From positions 1 through 62,675 of the forward strand of contig DASXQR010000105.1 of assembly GCA_036507075.1 (NCBI GenBank): DNA of 62,675 bases, read 5' to 3'. Source of the stretch: Acidobacteriota bacterium. Its GTDB lineage: Bacteria; Acidobacteriota; UBA6911; JACQSX01. Positions within the stretch are counted from its first letter, which is position 1. Each line of letters begins with the position of its first letter. The position numbers and the translations under genes are program-made. Below are positions 39,441-49,286 of the stretch, piece by piece. The notes under the pieces were generated by a model. That model had not been told where the DNA came from. It was given only the letters and a program-made list of their open reading frames with translations, and searched no databases.

Positions 39441-41159
39441 GTGATCGTCGACAAAGACCTTCGGTCGATACAGGAAGCGCGCGCCCTCGTTACCCAGGCT
39501 TACGAGGCTCAGAAGCTGCTGTCAGAATTTACCCAGGAGCAGGTGGATGCCATCATCGACAAAATGGCGGCAGCGGTTCAGTCTCACTGCGAAAGACTGG
39601 GAGCTCTGGCCGTGGAAGAGACCGGTTACGGAATTCCCGCCGACAAGACCATCAAGAATCGTTTTTCTGCTGAGAACGTTTATGCCTACATTCGCCCACT
39701 CAAAACAGTCGGCATATTGAAAGAAGACCGCCCCAATGGAGTGGTTGAAATTGCGGCTCCGGCCGGTGTTGTGTGCGCCATAATTCCGTCCACCAATCCC
39801 ACCTCGACGGCGATCTACAAGATCCTGATTTGCATTAAGGCCCGCAACTGCATCGTGCTGAGCCCTCACCCGGCCGCGGTGCGATGCATCAATGAAACTG
39901 CCCGCGTCATGAAGGAGGCCGCGCGCGAAGCGGGATTGCCCGACGGAGCGGTTGCCTGCATGCAGCACCCGACTATTGAAGGCACCACCGAATTGATGAA
40001 GCACAAGCTCACTTCGCTGATTCTGGCAACAGGCGGCACGGGCCTGGTTAAAGCTGCCTACAGTTCGGGAAAACCAGCCTTCGGGGTGGGGCCCGGCAAC
40101 GTGCCCGCGTACGTGGATCGTTCCGCCGATGTCGCAAAAGCCGTAAAGGACATTTTGACGGGCAAGTGTTTTGACAATGGGACGCTCTGTTCTTCAGAAC
40201 AATCGATCGTGGCGGATCGGCCGGTAGCACAAAACGTGCTCGAAGAACTGAAAAGGAACGGCGCGTACATTCTAAATTCCGAAGAGCTGCAAAAACTAAA
40301 TCGGGTCGTGATGGCGCCCAACCGGTCGTTGAATACGGCTATCGTGGGGAAAGCTGCGCGGCGGATTGCGGAAATGGCCGCGATTTCAGTGCCCGATGGA
40401 ACGCGGGCGCTAGTGGGCAAGATCGACGGAGTGGGCAAGGATTACCCGCTCAGCATGGAAAAGCTTTCCCCGATTCTCGGCTTGTTTGTTGTCGACGGAT
40501 GGGAGCAAGGATGCGAGCGTTGCAACGAGATATTGAGATTCGGCGGAACCGGCCACACGCTGGCCATCCATGCCAACGATCCGAAAGTGATCCAGGAGTT
40601 CGGTCTGCACAAACTTGCCTTTCGGATCTGCGTCAATACGCCGGCCACACACGGTTCAATCGGACTGACTACCAATCTGGTTCCTTCGATGACGCTGGGA
40701 TGCGGCACCTGGGGAGGGAACATCACCACGGACAACATCTCGCCCTTGAACCTGATCAACATCAAGCGACTCGCTTATGAGACGCGGCCGGTCAACGTGG
40801 GTAATGCGGTTTCCGCGGCGGCTGCGACTGAAGTCGGCGGGCGGTCGCCGCATGTAGCCTCTTCTGTGAGTGGTAATCCCAGCCGTGAGTTGATTCGTGA
40901 AGTAGTGGAAGAATTTCTAAAAAAAAAGAATTTAACTAAGGTTCCTGCCGCCGCTCCCGCTCCTGTTTCGCGGACAACAGAGTCCCCGGGTTCTTCTCCT
41001 CCAGCCGTGCCGAAGGCAAAACCGCTCGACTTTGTATGCGAAGAAGATGTGCGCCGGGCCGTGGATCGCCGGGAAAAATTGCCGGTCAATGCCAGAACGA
41101 TCATCACGCCGGCTGCAAGGGACCTGGGGGAAGAGAAGCAGGTTTTCAACTGGATTTGA
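39441..41159 (+). CDS. Acylating aldehyde dehydrogenase (BMC-type) with C-terminal encapsulation peptide and extra domain
   Basis: [58 protein letters not shown]. Confidence 0.92.
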   Translation: MIVDKDLRSIQEARALVTQAYEAQKLLSEFTQEQVDAIIDKMAAAVQSHCERLGALAVEETGYGIPADKTIKNRFSAENVYAYIRPLKTVGILKEDRPNGVVEIAAPAGVVCAIIPSTNPTSTAIYKILICIKARNCIVLSPHPAAVRCINETARVMKEAAREAGLPDGAVACMQHPTIEGTTELMKHKLTSLILATGGTGLVKAAYSSGKPAFGVGPGNVPAYVDRSADVAKAVKDILTGKCFDNGTLCSSEQSIVADRPVAQNVLEELKRNGAYILNSEELQKLNRVVMAPNRSLNTAIVGKAARRIAEMAAISVPDGTRALVGKIDGVGKDYPLSMEKLSPILGLFVVDGWEQGCERCNEILRFGGTGHTLAIHANDPKVIQEFGLHKLAFRICVNTPATHGSIGLTTNLVPSMTLGCGTWGGNITTDNISPLNLINIKRLAYETRPVNVGNAVSAAAATEVGGRSPHVASSVSGNPSRELIREVVEEFLKKKNLTKVPAAAPAPVSRTTESPGSSPPAVPKAKPLDFVCEEDVRRAVDRREKLPVNARTIITPAARDLGEEKQVFNWI

Positions 41160-41231
41160 GATACGACCCCATCGGCTGGATAGCGATCTGGTTTGGCTGC
41201 CATCGGGAAAAAGATTTCAGAAGACAAAACC

Positions 41232-41522
41232 GACCACGTCAACGTCGACGTTTATCGTCTACGGCCACGTGCACGTCAATGTCCACGGAACAGGTCCAAG
41301 CTGCTTGAGAGATTTAGAGCTTAATCATTTTGGTCAACATCGACAGGATGCGTTCGAGGAGTTGCCTCGCATGCCTAACCGTGCTGCAGGCAAACTTGCG
41401 AGTTTTTCTTCGTTAGCGTGAAGGTGGTCGTTGACGTCTGTCGTTGACGTGCACGTGCACGTGACCGTCCTCGGCTTTTTCTTTGGTTGCGGCCTACGGC
41501 CGGGCTGTGCCTCTGTGGTGAA
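41232..41522. repeat. Hexamer (CACGTC/GACGTG) palindrome with composite terminus
   Basis: Arrays 41232-41287 and 41417-41468; minus-strand caccacagaggcacagcccggccgtaggccgcaaccaaa at 41482-41520. Confidence 0.85.
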
Positions 41523-41642
41523 GTCCTTCCTCGACGGGCAGCACAAACCAGACCCAAAACCGCCCCGCGCCCCGCCTTTTCATCCTAAAATGGTAATATT
41601 AAAGTTTTTTGGCTTGATCGTTGCATCTGGGAGTTTGTAACT

Positions 41643-42263
41643 ATGGGTTTGCTGAGAGGAATCGCCCTGAAGGCCTATGCGTTTGCCTCTGGTCTGGGTG
41701 GACCGGGCGTCTTTCTGATTGCGGTCGCGGATTCCTCCTTTCTCTCTGTGCCGGAAGGCAATGACCTGCTGATTGTGATCCTATCCATCGGTCAAAGCTG
41801 GAGCCGTATGTGTTACCTGGTGCTGATGACTACTGCCGGCTCGGCGCTGGGATGCACGCTCCTTTACACGGTGGGAAGGAAGGGCGGGGCCTATATTCAC
41901 CGGATTTCCAGAAACAAATTGCGAAGCTCTCAGGCGCTTTATCAGAAATACGGGCTCTGGACGATCGTCGTTTCCTGCATGCTGCCGCCACCCATGCCCT
42001 TCAAGGTCTTCGTCCTTTCGGCCGGGCTGTTCCAGGTTTCCTTTCGTCACTTTCTGATCGCCGTGCTGGTGGGTCGCAGCGCCCGCTATTTCACCTGGGG
42101 CATTCTGGCAGTTCTCTTTGGCAAGCAGGTGAAGACCTATATCCAGGACAACCTTCCTGCCGTCGGCACCGCCCTGTTCGTTGCCGTGCTGCTCATCCTG
42201 GCCCTGCTGTTTCTCAGCCGGCGGTTGGGCTGGATTGGCGTAAAGGGAGAACAGGATGCATAG
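41643..42263 (+). CDS. DedA/VTT (YqaA-like) membrane protein
   Basis: DSSFLSVPEG.DLL, GS.LG..L.Y..GR.GG, LPPPMPFKVFVL.AG, GR..RY. Confidence 0.88.
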   Translation: MGLLRGIALKAYAFASGLGGPGVFLIAVADSSFLSVPEGNDLLIVILSIGQSWSRMCYLVLMTTAGSALGCTLLYTVGRKGGAYIHRISRNKLRSSQALYQKYGLWTIVVSCMLPPPMPFKVFVLSAGLFQVSFRHFLIAVLVGRSARYFTWGILAVLFGKQVKTYIQDNLPAVGTALFVAVLLILALLFLSRRLGWIGVKGEQDA

Positions 42264-43128
42264 AAGGCTCCTGCTATGGCTGTCACTGGTCCTCGCTTTG
42301 ACGGGCGCCTGCCTCAAGAAAACCGAGAAAGTCTCCATCGCGCCTGCAAAGAAGAACGCTCAGGTTGCCAGCCGCGACCAGTTGCGGCAATTGATAAACG
42401 ACAGATATGCCGCCGTGCAGACGATCACGTACAGCCGCCTGCGCGTGCAGGTGGAAGGTTACTACGTTAAGAAGGAAAAAAAGGAAAGTTATCCGCGGGG
42501 TTCCGGTTACATGGTTGTCAAAAGACCGTATTGGATACGGATGAACATTAACAACCCTTTGACAAGTTCCACTGTTGCCGCAATGGCCGCCAATGGAAGC
42601 AGGTTTCAGGTCTGGGTCCCGAGCGAAAACAAATATCTCACCGGAGCGGTCCAGGTCAAAATTGAAGGAGACAATCCCTTTTACAACATTCGCCCGCAAC
42701 ATGTGGTGGAGGCTGTCTTTGTTCAGCCCGTGCTGAGCGTGGCCAACCGCTCGTTTCTGGTGTACGAGGAATCGGACCCCCGCTTTTCTTATTATGTCAT
42801 CGATGACTTTGAAAACGGAGCAGGTAGTCCGCGACTGCTGCGCAGGATCTGGATTGAGCGTTCGCAACTTCGCATCACTCGGCAGCAATGGTATGGCGCA
42901 GACGGCCAGCTTGTCAGCGATGCCCTCTACGGCTCTCAGGCGCAGGTGAATGGCCTGCCGGTTTTCCTGGATTTGAATCTCAACCGGGCGGGAGACAGTT
43001 ATCGTTTGACCTTTAATTTTGATCGGGAAGCGATCAAAGTGAATGAACCGGTTGAGGAAGCTTCCTTCGAGGTTCCGGTGCCGCCGGGAGCGCAGGTGGT
43101 GGAGGTAAAAGGGAAGACCGAGGACTAG
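42256..43128 (+). CDS. Lipoprotein, probable LolA/LolB-like fold
   Basis: Lipobox LTGAC; beta-rich; G.M.V.RP..IRM, RRIWI.R..L. Confidence 0.7.
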   Translation: MHRRLLLWLSLVLALTGACLKKTEKVSIAPAKKNAQVASRDQLRQLINDRYAAVQTITYSRLRVQVEGYYVKKEKKESYPRGSGYMVVKRPYWIRMNINNPLTSSTVAAMAANGSRFQVWVPSENKYLTGAVQVKIEGDNPFYNIRPQHVVEAVFVQPVLSVANRSFLVYEESDPRFSYYVIDDFENGAGSPRLLRRIWIERSQLRITRQQWYGADGQLVSDALYGSQAQVNGLPVFLDLNLNRAGDSYRLTFNFDREAIKVNEPVEEASFEVPVPPGAQVVEVKGKTED

Positions 43129-43140
43129 TACTGATGGGCT

Positions 43141-43344
43141 TTTCACCACAGAGATACAGCGTGGCTGTAGGCCGCAACCAAAAAGCCGTCGACGTTCACG
43201 AGCACGTGCACGTCTACGACCACGTCTTGGGTCTACGAACACGACCAGGCACAACAGCCCCGCAGTTCTGTACAGTCTGTGACGAATCGAGCGAAGTCGT
43301 AATCGTGGACGTTGACATGCACGTGCTCGTGAACGTCGACGGCT
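43141..43344. repeat. Composite terminus plus hexamer palindrome
   Basis: caccacagagatacagcgtggctgtaggccgcaaccaaa, then perfect 27-bp IR 43184-43210 / 43318-43344. Confidence 0.88.
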
Positions 43345-43384
43345 CTGAAAAACTTTGCCAAAAAACAAGAAGTGGTCAACACGC

Positions 43385-44476
43385 ATGCTGAAAATGATGT
43401 ACTCAAACCTGCTGCAGCGGCCCACGCGGACCATGGTAAGTGTTCTGGCCGTGGCGCTCGGTATAGTTCTGATTCTGGTTTCCGTCGGCCTCTCCTACGG
43501 CCAGCTCAGTGAAACGGCCACCCGCACGCGCCGGGTGAGTGGAGACTTTCTCTTCCAGCCTTCGGACGCATCGCTCTTTTTTGCGGTCAACAGCGGCACC
43601 TTGCCGGAAAGGCTGCGAGGGATAATTGAAAAGGTTGAAGGCGTGGAGCGCGCCGCGCCCGTTCTAGTCAAGTTCATTACTCCCGGATTCAATCTGGTAT
43701 ATGGCGTTGATCCGGACAGCTACAACAGTGTCAGTGGGGGTTTGAAATTCGATGAGGGGACACTGCCGAGAGTCGGTTTGCAGGCGGCAATTGACAGTCT
43801 CTACTCCGGCAGCCACAAGCTGAAATTGGGTGACAAGCTGCATCTGCTGGATCATGACTTCAAAGTGGTGGGGGTTTTTGAGAGCGGCGTAGGCGCGCGC
43901 GTGATCATACCGCTGAAAACCTTGCAGGAGCTCAACGGCACACCGGACAAGGTTTCGCTGTTTTTCATCCGCCGTAATCCGCGCTGGCGGGAAGAAGCGG
44001 TGCTGCGGAATTTGACATCTGCCGCGCCCGGTTACAAGATAACGCCCGCCTCGCAGTTGCCCAACCTGATGACCAGCGGGCTGCCCGTTTTCCGGAACTT
44101 CATTTACGCGGTTGTTTCCCTGGCGACTATTATCAGCTTCCTGATCATTCTTCTTGCCATGTACACCACGATCACCGAGCGCACACGCGAGATAGGCATT
44201 CTGAAGTCCCTGGGCGCCTCGAAAGCTTACATTGTGGGCATCATACTTAAGGAGTCGTTGTTGATCTGCCTGACAGGCGTGGCGGCAGGCTTTTTGATCA
44301 CGCTGATCGTGAATAGATTCATTCGAATGTCCTTTCCCCTGCTGCCGATTGAGATCACACTGGGCTGGCGTGTTTTGGCCGCTTTTCTGGGCATCGCCGG
44401 CGGACTGATAGGTGCGCTCTATCCGGCGTTCAAGGCGGCCAACCAGGATCCGGTTCAGGCGCTCAGCTATGAGTAA
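43385..44476 (+). CDS. ABC transporter permease (MacB/FtsX/LolC-E type)
   Basis: N-terminal TM, periplasmic domain, [27 protein letters not shown]. Confidence 0.92.
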   Translation: MLKMMYSNLLQRPTRTMVSVLAVALGIVLILVSVGLSYGQLSETATRTRRVSGDFLFQPSDASLFFAVNSGTLPERLRGIIEKVEGVERAAPVLVKFITPGFNLVYGVDPDSYNSVSGGLKFDEGTLPRVGLQAAIDSLYSGSHKLKLGDKLHLLDHDFKVVGVFESGVGARVIIPLKTLQELNGTPDKVSLFFIRRNPRWREEAVLRNLTSAAPGYKITPASQLPNLMTSGLPVFRNFIYAVVSLATIISFLIILLAMYTTITERTREIGILKSLGASKAYIVGIILKESLLICLTGVAAGFLITLIVNRFIRMSFPLLPIEITLGWRVLAAFLGIAGGLIGALYPAFKAANQDPVQALSYE

Positions 44477-44510
44477 TGTGACCCCTCATCTTCTGCGCCA
44501 GGTGCGCAGC

Positions 44511-45224
44511 ATGAAAAGCATCCTGGAGGTGCGCGAGCTGCGCATGACCTTCAGGGCTGCCAAGATAGAGGTGCATGCTCTCAACGGCGTTAATCTTGTG
44601 GTCAAGGCGGGCGAATTTGTCGCAATTATGGGCCCTTCCGGATGTGGCAAATCCACGCTGCTGCATATTCTGGGAGGTTTACTGCAGCCCACGGCCGGCG
44701 AGGTCTACATTGACGGAACGGAAATTGGCGCGGTCAACGACGCCCAAAGAACGGAAATCCGGCGCAAGAAAATCGGTTTCGTATTCCAGAGATTTAACCT
44801 TCTTTCGACGCTCACGGCTGTCGATAACATCCGGGTAGCGAAGGAAATTCGGCGCGACACGAATGCTCATTTTCAGGTTGATGAGGTGCTTGGAATGGTG
44901 GGGCTGGGAAACAAGCTTCATCATAAGCCCTTTGAGATGTCCGGCGGCGAGCAGCAGCGCGTCGCGGTTGCGCGAGCGATCGTCAACCGTCCGGCCATCC
45001 TGCTGGCCGACGAGCCAACCGGGAACCTGGATTCGAGCAACAGCGAGCGCGTGCTGGCGCTTCTCAAGAGCCTGAACGAACAGTATCAGCAGACCGTTAT
45101 CATGATCACGCACGATCCGGACGCCGCTTCTTACGCCAGCCGGATTGTGGAGATGAAGGACGGGAGAATACTCAACCGCGTGCAGCATGTAGTGTATGCT
45201 GTTGAGAATGGGGGACTGTTTTAG
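44511..45224 (+). CDS. ABC transporter ATP-binding protein (LolD/MacB type)
   Basis: [30 protein letters not shown]; alternative start 44469. Confidence 0.93.
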   Translation: MKSILEVRELRMTFRAAKIEVHALNGVNLVVKAGEFVAIMGPSGCGKSTLLHILGGLLQPTAGEVYIDGTEIGAVNDAQRTEIRRKKIGFVFQRFNLLSTLTAVDNIRVAKEIRRDTNAHFQVDEVLGMVGLGNKLHHKPFEMSGGEQQRVAVARAIVNRPAILLADEPTGNLDSSNSERVLALLKSLNEQYQQTVIMITHDPDAASYASRIVEMKDGRILNRVQHVVYAVENGGLF

Positions 45225-45269
45225 ACTTGCAACCATTGGGCGGTCCCGCCGTCTTAGCAAGAGGAGTAA

Positions 45270-45512
45270 ATGAAAAAGATTTGGGCAGCCGTGGTGAGCA
45301 TCGTGCTCTGGAACCATGAGCGTGGGAGCTGGCAGTACGATGTGATGTGCGCGCTGATTGTCGCGTTCATCGTGTTTACGCCGCGCAGTTTTTTTCGCGG
45401 AGAGTTTCGATCGCACGACGGGCGTGGTGACCGGCAGGAGCAAGTTTTGAAGCTGACCGACCGCTCCCCGGCGGCGAAGGCTGGCCCGGCTCAAGGTGTC
45501 AAGAAGCAATGA
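45270..45512 (+). CDS. Small membrane protein
   Basis: GAGGAG RBS; W.HERGSWQYDVMC.LI.AFI..TP; ATGA overlap with the next gene. Confidence 0.7.
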   Translation: MKKIWAAVVSIVLWNHERGSWQYDVMCALIVAFIVFTPRSFFRGEFRSHDGRGDRQEQVLKLTDRSPAAKAGPAQGVKKQ

Positions 45513-46177
45513 AGAAAGCAATTCTCTTACTGTTCCTGCTGCTGGCGGGCGCGGTCACCGCGCTGGCGTTGACCAAAGATGAAGTTCTCTCCAAAATGGA
45601 GGCTGCAAACCGCAACGTGACGAATTTTTCTGCCGGGATCACGCAGCAGAAGTGGACCGCTATACTGAAGGAGTTCGACCGCCCTGAATCGGGAAAGCTC
45701 TGGTATCGACGCGACAAAGACGGTCAGGCGTATCTCCGAAAGGAGATCAGCAAACCGGAGACGAATGTTCTGGTTATCAATAAGGGCGATGTGATTTTCT
45801 ACGAACCGCGCATCAAGCAGGCCCGCAAATACCAGTTGGGAAAGAACAAGGACAAGGCGGAATTCCTGGTCCTAGGCTTCGGATCGACCAGCCGCTCGCT
45901 CAATGAAACTTACAATATCAAGCTGCTGGGTGAGGAAAAGATAGACGCCAAAAAAACGCACATGCTAGAATTGCGGCCGAAATCGGAGAAGGCGGCTGCC
46001 TATTTCCCGCAAATTGTGCTGTGGGTGGCCGAGGAGTCATGGGTTCCCATCCAGCAGAAACTGGTTGAGCCGAATGGGGATTATTTGTTGATCAAGTTTA
46101 CCGACCTCAAGCTCAATCCCGGGGTCGACAAAGACAAATTCAAGCTGAAGCTTCCAAAAGATGTGCAGGTAGGCTGA
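45509..46177 (+). CDS. lolA: Outer-membrane lipoprotein carrier LolA family protein
   Basis: Signal peptide; FSA...Q...ESG, YEP..KQ, LEL.PK, I.LWV....P, F.D...N. Confidence 0.75.
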   Translation: MKKAILLLFLLLAGAVTALALTKDEVLSKMEAANRNVTNFSAGITQQKWTAILKEFDRPESGKLWYRRDKDGQAYLRKEISKPETNVLVINKGDVIFYEPRIKQARKYQLGKNKDKAEFLVLGFGSTSRSLNETYNIKLLGEEKIDAKKTHMLELRPKSEKAAAYFPQIVLWVAEESWVPIQQKLVEPNGDYLLIKFTDLKLNPGVDKDKFKLKLPKDVQVG

Positions 46178-46258
46178 GGCTTTTCTGAGCTGCAAATGCG
46201 AAGGTCGCAGGTTGTTGCCCCTGTGGCCTTGGCGCTTGCAGTGGAACACATCTCGCGA

Positions 46259-47311
46259 ATGAGGCTCTTCAGGAAGTTCTATCGCAAGCTCCGTCAATTT
46301 CGTCTTATCACCTACGGAATTCTCTTCCGGCATCGACCGCTGCTGGCGCATGTCATTCCCATGCGCCGGTGCAACATCGCCTGCGCCTACTGCAATGAGT
46401 TCGATGATTATTCTGATCCCGTCTCGCTGGAGGCGATGACCCGGCGCATTGACCGCCTGGCCGAACTGGGCATCATGATTGTTACCATCAGCGGCGGCGA
46501 ACCGCTGATGAACCCGCATCTGGACAAGATCATCACCCGTATTCGCAAGCGTGGAATGATTGCCGGACTGATCACCAATGGTTATCTGCTTACTGTGGAA
46601 CGAATACAGGAGCTGAACCGCGCCGGTCTTGAGTACCTGCAGATCAGCATCGACAATGTTCATCCGGATGAGGTCTCTAAAAAGAGTCTCAAGGTTCTGG
46701 ACAAAAAATTGCAATTGTTGACCGAGTACGCGCAGTTTGAAGTGAACGTCAATTCCGTTCTGGGCGGAGGGATTAAGAATCCGCAGGACGCGCTCACCAT
46801 CGCGAGGCGGGCGGTGGAGCTTGGATTCACCACTACGGTGGGAATCATTCATGACGGCAGCGGGCACTTAAAACCATTGAGCGAAGAAGAGCGTTGCATC
46901 TTTGAGACCGTGCGGGGCATGGGAAAGAGACACTACGCGCGGGTCAATTATTTCCAGAACAGCCTGGTGCATGGAAAGCCGAACAACTGGAGGTGCCGCG
47001 CGGGCGCTCGTTACCTGTATATCTGCGAGAACGGCCTGGTTCATTATTGTTCCCAGCAGCGGGGCTATCCGGCCGTTCCGCTGGAAACGTACGGCACCGA
47101 GGACATCGTTCGCGAGTACTACACCAAAAAGTCGTGCGCGCCGTTTTGCACGGTGGCCTGTGTACACCAGGTTTCAACGTTCGATTTCTGGCGGGCGCCG
47201 CAGCGCGGACCCGCCCAGCCTCTGGCCAGTCTTCGCGCCAGAAAGAAATCCTCCCCCGCACACGCCTCCGCCAGCCCCGCCCTGAAGATCCTGAACCAGC
47301 CCTCGGATTGA
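46259..47311 (+). CDS. Radical SAM protein with twitch/SPASM-like C-terminus
   Basis: CNIACAYC, SGGEPL, ITNG, QISID; CRAG...I..NG.V..C...C..C...C; start uncertain. Confidence 0.9.
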   Translation: MRLFRKFYRKLRQFRLITYGILFRHRPLLAHVIPMRRCNIACAYCNEFDDYSDPVSLEAMTRRIDRLAELGIMIVTISGGEPLMNPHLDKIITRIRKRGMIAGLITNGYLLTVERIQELNRAGLEYLQISIDNVHPDEVSKKSLKVLDKKLQLLTEYAQFEVNVNSVLGGGIKNPQDALTIARRAVELGFTTTVGIIHDGSGHLKPLSEEERCIFETVRGMGKRHYARVNYFQNSLVHGKPNNWRCRAGARYLYICENGLVHYCSQQRGYPAVPLETYGTEDIVREYYTKKSCAPFCTVACVHQVSTFDFWRAPQRGPAQPLASLRARKKSSPAHASASPALKILNQPSD

Positions 47312-47333
47312 GAAGGCTTCAGCAGAAACAACT

Positions 47334-47472
47334 TGAACCGCCAAGAACGCGAAGAACGCTAAGTTATACGAGCGCACTCCGGGCTACCGAATCGGGCGCG
47401 TGGCGGCAATAGCAAGGTCATGGGGGGCAAATTAATCTTAATGCTTGGCGCTCTTCGCGTTCTTTGCGGTTC
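47334..47472. repeat. Nonamer (AACCGCCAAG) palindrome
   Basis: tgaaccgccaagaacgcgaagaacgctaag ... cttggcgctcttcgcgttctttgcggttc. Confidence 0.88.
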
Positions 47473-47493
47473 CAGTTCTTCGCGCGGTGAAGC

Positions 47494-48678
47494 TCACAGC
47501 ACGTCGAATTCTCTTACCACCATTTTCCGGTCCGGCCGAAACGGGTTCTCTTCCGCCTTCAACTTACCGACCATCTGATCGATCACCAGGCGGCTGCCCG
47601 CAGGGCTTCCCATGATTCCATGCCCGCTGTAACCGCAGTTCAACCAGAGGTTGGAAATGGACGATGCACCAAGCAAAGGGCGATGGTCGGGCGTGTAGAC
47701 GTACTGGCCGGCCATCAAGTACCAGGATCTCAGTTGTCCCTTCCAGACGTTTCTCCACAAGGGAGAAATACGCGCCACGGAATTGCGGCTTCCAGGATCC
47801 ATCACATCAAACAGGAATGACACCGAAGTCGGTACGTCTTCAAGTGGGGGCGTCGGCGGCGTGTCCGGCTGCGTACGCAGAACGAACGCCCCGCTTGAGG
47901 CGGGCCTCCAGTGGGCGCCGGTATCTTCGTCAATGGTCATGGGCACCTGCTGCGGAATCTCAGGGACTTCGGGCAAAACCAGCTTCTGGCGCACCCTGAG
48001 AATCAGCGGCAGATCAATGCCGGCTGTGCGTGCTACCTGCCCGGAAAACGGCCCGGCCGCAATCAGGGCTGCCTGGCATGTCACAGCGCCTCGACTGGTT
48101 TGAACGGCTGCAATACGGCCGCCTTTTCTTTCGAATCCCGTGACCGCCGTGTCGACACAGAAAACAGCTCCCGAAGAACGCGCCATTTCCAATGTCAGCT
48201 TGCGCGGATCGAGCCATCCATCCCGGGCGCGGTATCGGGCGGAAATGACATCCGGGCTCAGGTGTGGAAACCGCCTGCGAGCCTCGCCTCCTGCCAGCAA
48301 TTCCACATCGCGCAATCCCCAGGCATGCTGTTGCGCCACCAGCTCCTTTTGCTTCTCGGCTTTCTCCGGGTCTGTTGTCACCCAGAGATATCCCTGCTGC
48401 CGGACTCCAACATCGCAATTGGAAATTCCTGCGATCTCACCGAAGTGAGTGAAGAACTCGATCGATTCCAGGACCAGGTTAATCTCTTCCGGGTTGTCGA
48501 ACTGCGCCCGGAAGGCGCCGGTAGAAGCGGGTGTGGTGAGGGTGCAAAGCAGAGGCCTTTTTTCCAGAACCACGCAGCGCAGGCCGGCCCGTTGCGCGAA
48601 GAACGCCGAGGCGACTCCGACAATGCCTCCCCCGATAATCACAAGGTCGGCTGTCTTGGGAAGTTCGCTTGGCTCCAT
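47494..48678 (-). CDS. FAD-dependent oxidoreductase (DAO / sarcosine oxidase beta-like)
   Basis: IIGGGIVG, DGWLDP, AAG, TPDHRPLLG, GYSGHG. Confidence 0.9.
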   Translation of the reverse strand: MEPSELPKTADLVIIGGGIVGVASAFFAQRAGLRCVVLEKRPLLCTLTTPASTGAFRAQFDNPEEINLVLESIEFFTHFGEIAGISNCDVGVRQQGYLWVTTDPEKAEKQKELVAQQHAWGLRDVELLAGGEARRRFPHLSPDVISARYRARDGWLDPRKLTLEMARSSGAVFCVDTAVTGFERKGGRIAAVQTSRGAVTCQAALIAAGPFSGQVARTAGIDLPLILRVRQKLVLPEVPEIPQQVPMTIDEDTGAHWRPASSGAFVLRTQPDTPPTPPLEDVPTSVSFLFDVMDPGSRNSVARISPLWRNVWKGQLRSWYLMAGQYVYTPDHRPLLGASSISNLWLNCGYSGHGIMGSPAGSRLVIDQMVGKLKAEENPFRPDRKMVVREFDVL

Positions 48679-48696
48679 TGTCTTTACTTAAATCTT

Positions 48697-48727
48697 TTCT
48701 TCGCGTTTTCGCGCCTTCGCGGTTCAA
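48697..48727 (-). repeat. Solo nonamer arm
   Basis: Minus strand ttgaaccgcgaaggcgcgaaaacgcgaagaa; no partner arm seen. Confidence 0.7.
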
Positions 48728-48749
48728 CGCCGCTGACATTCTCCTGAAT

Positions 48750-49256
48750 TCACCATGGCCAGAACAACCACCAAAAGAGAGCGCCGTCAGCCTGCGCTTC
48801 CTTCTTTCCGGTGATGCCGATGTAAAGAGTTGTCACGGCCAAATAAGTTGAAGGAAGGACCCACAAGGCAGCGAACAGGCCAAAGTCTGGCGCCTTCCAC
48901 ATCACCCATCCTCCCGCCACCGCGACGGCAGCAAAAAGAATTCCGGCCAGAGCGAATAACAACCGGGCAACGGGACCATAAAGGCGACGCGAAGCCTCGG
49001 CATCGCGTTGCATTTTTTCACGGAAGCGATCCAGCAGGTCGGGACGCCGGCGCCACAGGATCAGGAACGCAACATTGACTATCAGTACGATTCCAAACAG
49101 GCCTGCAAGAAAGATGAAGAAACGCTCCTGAAGAACGGCTCTCAGGAATCTGAAAATCACCCAGCCGCCGATCACGATGGTTATCCAACTGGCCGCTACG
49201 GTAACCACCGCGCTGCGGCTGCGTTCATTCTGAGGCTTTCTTATCATTGAGTCCAA
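48750..49256 (-). CDS. Hypothetical 4-TM membrane protein
   Basis: Four hydrophobic segments; co-oriented with neighbours. Confidence 0.65.
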   Translation of the reverse strand: MDSMIRKPQNERSRSAVVTVAASWITIVIGGWVIFRFLRAVLQERFFIFLAGLFGIVLIVNVAFLILWRRRPDLLDRFREKMQRDAEASRRLYGPVARLLFALAGILFAAVAVAGGWVMWKAPDFGLFAALWVLPSTYLAVTTLYIGITGKKEAQADGALFWWLFWPW

Positions 49257-49286
49257 TGACCTCAGAACAGCCTACATAGATGGGAA

